Positions 62,063 through 64,000 of a stretch of DNA of 64,000 bases are shown here, one piece after another; position 1 is the stretch's first letter; each line of letters opens with the position of its first letter. The notes under the pieces were generated by a model, which saw nothing but the letters and a program-made list of their open reading frames with translations, was not told the origin of the DNA and did not search any database. The DNA comes from Priapulus caudatus (lineage: Eukaryota): the NCBI RefSeq assembly GCF_000485595.1, contig NW_014577062.1, positions 1,161,950 through 1,225,949 on the forward strand, read 5' to 3'. The position numbers and the translations under genes were made by a program.

Positions 62063-62521
62063 GTGTGTGTGTGCGCGCTTTGTATAGATTACTTATATAG
62101 ATACTAATTAGAAATTTCTCGCCGTTCAGTCGCCGTTAGACCTTGTTTGTGATCTAAACCCTACCCTCCCACCTCGCTGGTACCTTAAGCAGGGTAATAT
62201 CAAGAAGTTTATGTTTTTATTACCTACCTTTGTTAGCTTAATATCATGGCATTTCACTGGGTAATGATTCTATCAGGTCCACACTTGATCATCGCCTTAC
62301 CTTAATAAGGCCGACATTGGGGAATTTCTCGAACTCGAGTACGGCCTCCTCGCCCGGCTGACCGGCCTTCTGTCCCTTCAGGATGCGTGCGGCCGTCACC
62401 GTGGACATGCCCATGCCGTCACCCATGAACAGTACTGTGTTTCTCGCCACGTTCTCGTTATTCCGGTAGGCGAGCGTCTCGCGTAACGCTTCCCGGGCGT
62501 TGGCGAACCAGAATTCCTTGT
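53993..62521 (-). CDS. Alkaline phosphatase family protein, predicted GPI-anchored, divergent active site (5' exon(s) unresolved)
   Basis: 8 phase-consistent GT-AG exons. Motifs [72 protein letters not shown], and a hydrophobic C-terminus. Confidence 0.93.
54893..55009 (-). CDS. ALP exon ([23 protein letters not shown]...RINITGVDT)
   Basis: 117 nt, [12 protein letters not shown] motif. Confidence 0.88.
55465..55656 (-). CDS. ALP exon (NEKIDDGHH...[27 protein letters not shown])
   Basis: 192 nt, AG/GT, Zn ligands. Confidence 0.93.
56049..56189 (-). CDS. ALP exon ([10 protein letters not shown]...PSLPDMV...[10 protein letters not shown])
   Basis: 141 nt, AG/GT. Confidence 0.92.
56539..56749 (-). 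CDS. ALP exon ([10 protein letters not shown]...GLRTDGRNL...VDYVL)
   Basis: 211 nt, AG/GT. Confidence 0.92.
56762..56892. repeat. (TA)n microsatellite abutting the ALP acceptor at 56750
   Basis: Seen directly. Confidence 0.9.
57097..57269 (-). CDS. ALP exon ([32 protein letters not shown]...CKDIASQL...)
   Basis: 173 nt, AG/GT. Confidence 0.9.
57393..57548. repeat. Mixed CAA/CAT/CAG/TAA trinucleotide repeat (intronic)
   Basis: Seen directly. Confidence 0.85.
57772..57937 (-). CDS. ALP exon with catalytic Ser ([23 protein letters not shown]...)
   Basis: 166 nt, AG/GT. Confidence 0.92.
58008..58462. mobile_element. Foldback MITE with ~90-bp imperfect TIRs in an ALP intron
   Basis: tacgatactcctaggccgagatattgg... 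is inverted as ...ccaatatctcagcctaagagtatcgta. Confidence 0.75.
60810..61070 (+). repeat. Second copy of the left end (plus ~90 bp flank) of the 20981 element
   Basis: Essentially identical to 20893-~21030, then runs into an N-gap. Confidence 0.85.
62301..62521 (-). CDS. ALP exon (DKEFWFANA...[24 protein letters not shown]...FPNVGLIK)
   Basis: 221 nt, AG/GT, contains the metal-ligand Asp of GDGMG. Confidence 0.94.
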
Positions 62522-63642
62522 CTGCCGAACAAAAGAAATGAGAAGTTCGTATATAAATTATACAGCGCAGTTTGTTAGTTGATGCTGCGGATTGGAATCG
62601 CGGGGGTGGGGTGGGGTGGGTGGGGGTGTTGATGGATGATGGCAACGCAGCGGTGTGCGCGCGGGGGTCTGCTCAACTCCTAACTGATACGACGATAAAA
62701 TAAACCACAAAATTAAATCAACAATTACGTGAAAATATACACGTGAATGTGCGAGAGATAATCCTGCGCGCCTACGGACAGATTCACAAAGATTCTCGCA
62801 CGTGCACGCTTCGTGTCTGCAGGCGCACACCCGCGAGTGCGAGTCTGTGAGAGACGTATAGGAACAAAACAAATGTGTATCGCACTCTTGTTCATAGTGC
62901 AGCCTAGAACAGGTGCGTTAGTGTGGTTAGTAACAACTACGATTTTGTTCTAAGATGGACTGATGCTCCAGGATTAGTGAGTCGGTTCGGGACAAGCACG
63001 AGCTCAAAGATAAGCCATTCCATGTTAATCGTGTGTGTTTCAATCGTAGATTCTCCATAAGTCATACCCTCGGATTTTTTCAACGTATTGCTTTTTAAAC
63101 AGAAAATTGAAAAATAATGCGTTACTATTATCACGTTTAGAGTAGCCACAGAGGAACGTAGCCGCACAAGAGACGCTAAAAATGCGGCGCAAATCTCAAA
63201 TATAATTGGCAGTTACAATTGCAAACTATATAAAACCCCTCGTGAGAATAGCCTAGCATGCATGTGTTTGATCGGGAAAAAACAGGAAAAACATTACGAA
63301 ATTACGTTTCAAGAAATTCGCGAAAATACTCTACGTTGAAACAAAGAAAGACGTAATACTGTTAAACAAAATCATATGAATTAAAAGTGTTAAACAGACA
63401 CCAATCGTTCGACGTAAATCACAAATAATTGATTTTTAATTGTTTATTGATTAATACAGCGCGCCTTTACGCGGCTTGCAAATCATTACGGCATAAGATC
63501 TGCCTGTGTAATTTTTGACAATTAATTATGTCTATGCGATGACACGATGCTCACGTTTGGGACCCGACTAGCAATGCCTATCTAAGTTGAATTTATCTAA
63601 GAGATGTTAACATGCGAAACTGCTATAGCGTTCACGTGCTTG

Positions 63643-63738
63643 CTCACACGCAAAGTTACAACTCACACGCAAAGTTACAACTCACACGCAAAGTTACAAC
63701 TCACACGCAAAGTTACAACTCACACGCAAAGTTACAAC
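63643..63738. repeat. 19-bp minisatellite x5 (ctcacacgcaaagttacaa)
   Basis: Seen directly. Confidence 0.95.
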
Positions 63739-64000
63739 ATTGTATCGGCAGAACAATTTACTTTCACAGTGCTCACTACATAACAATGATATTCCGAGTA
63801 CCACAAAACTAACCAGAACTAGTAATTACTTACCCTTGGGATACAAGGATCCTTGCGTCTTCAGAAGAGCGAAAACATGATATTCATGCCCATTATTATA
63901 CTCAAATGCACACAAGTTAATATATGTTGGATTACGCGCGTGTTAATTGCATTAATACGCGGCATAACAAGCTTGTTATTATTAACGAATCCACTAATTG

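Noticed and set aside
63834..63905. Candidate upstream ALP exon ending at AAGG|GTAAGT (phase-compatible, GHEYHVFALLKTQGSLYPK)
   Set aside because: No convincing acceptor or in-frame ATG and no signal-peptide character. The true first exon may lie outside the window.

Overview
Intron-rich, repeat-dense animal (invertebrate-looking) genomic DNA from a draft assembly with N-gaps and one patch that looks error-rich. Three spliced protein-coding genes can be reconstructed by hand. (1) UBE4A/Ufd2-type U-box ubiquitin E4 ligase, minus strand, 18996->3922: 17 clean exons, one garbled exon at ~7448-7800, and some expected coding sequence missing, probably in the 9810 gap. (2) gustavus/SPSB (SPRY + SOCS box), plus strand, 47411-49635, 2 coding exons. 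(3) A predicted GPI-anchored alkaline-phosphatase-family gene, minus strand, 62521->53993, 8 exons, 5' end unresolved. By my manual alignment this phosphatase keeps the Ser nucleophile and all direct metal ligands but has replaced the phosphomonoester-specificity residues, including Arg166->Asp. This is the most interesting observation in the window. Introns and the 19-47 kb interval hold many non-autonomous transposons: CAG-ended MITEs with 5-6 bp TSDs, Harbinger-like nested MITEs, a Kolobok-like element, Helentron-type elements, a truncated RTE LINE, and a 37-bp structure matching a P-element excision footprint. No rRNA, tRNA or CRISPR was found. All homology calls come from remembered family sequences, not database searches.
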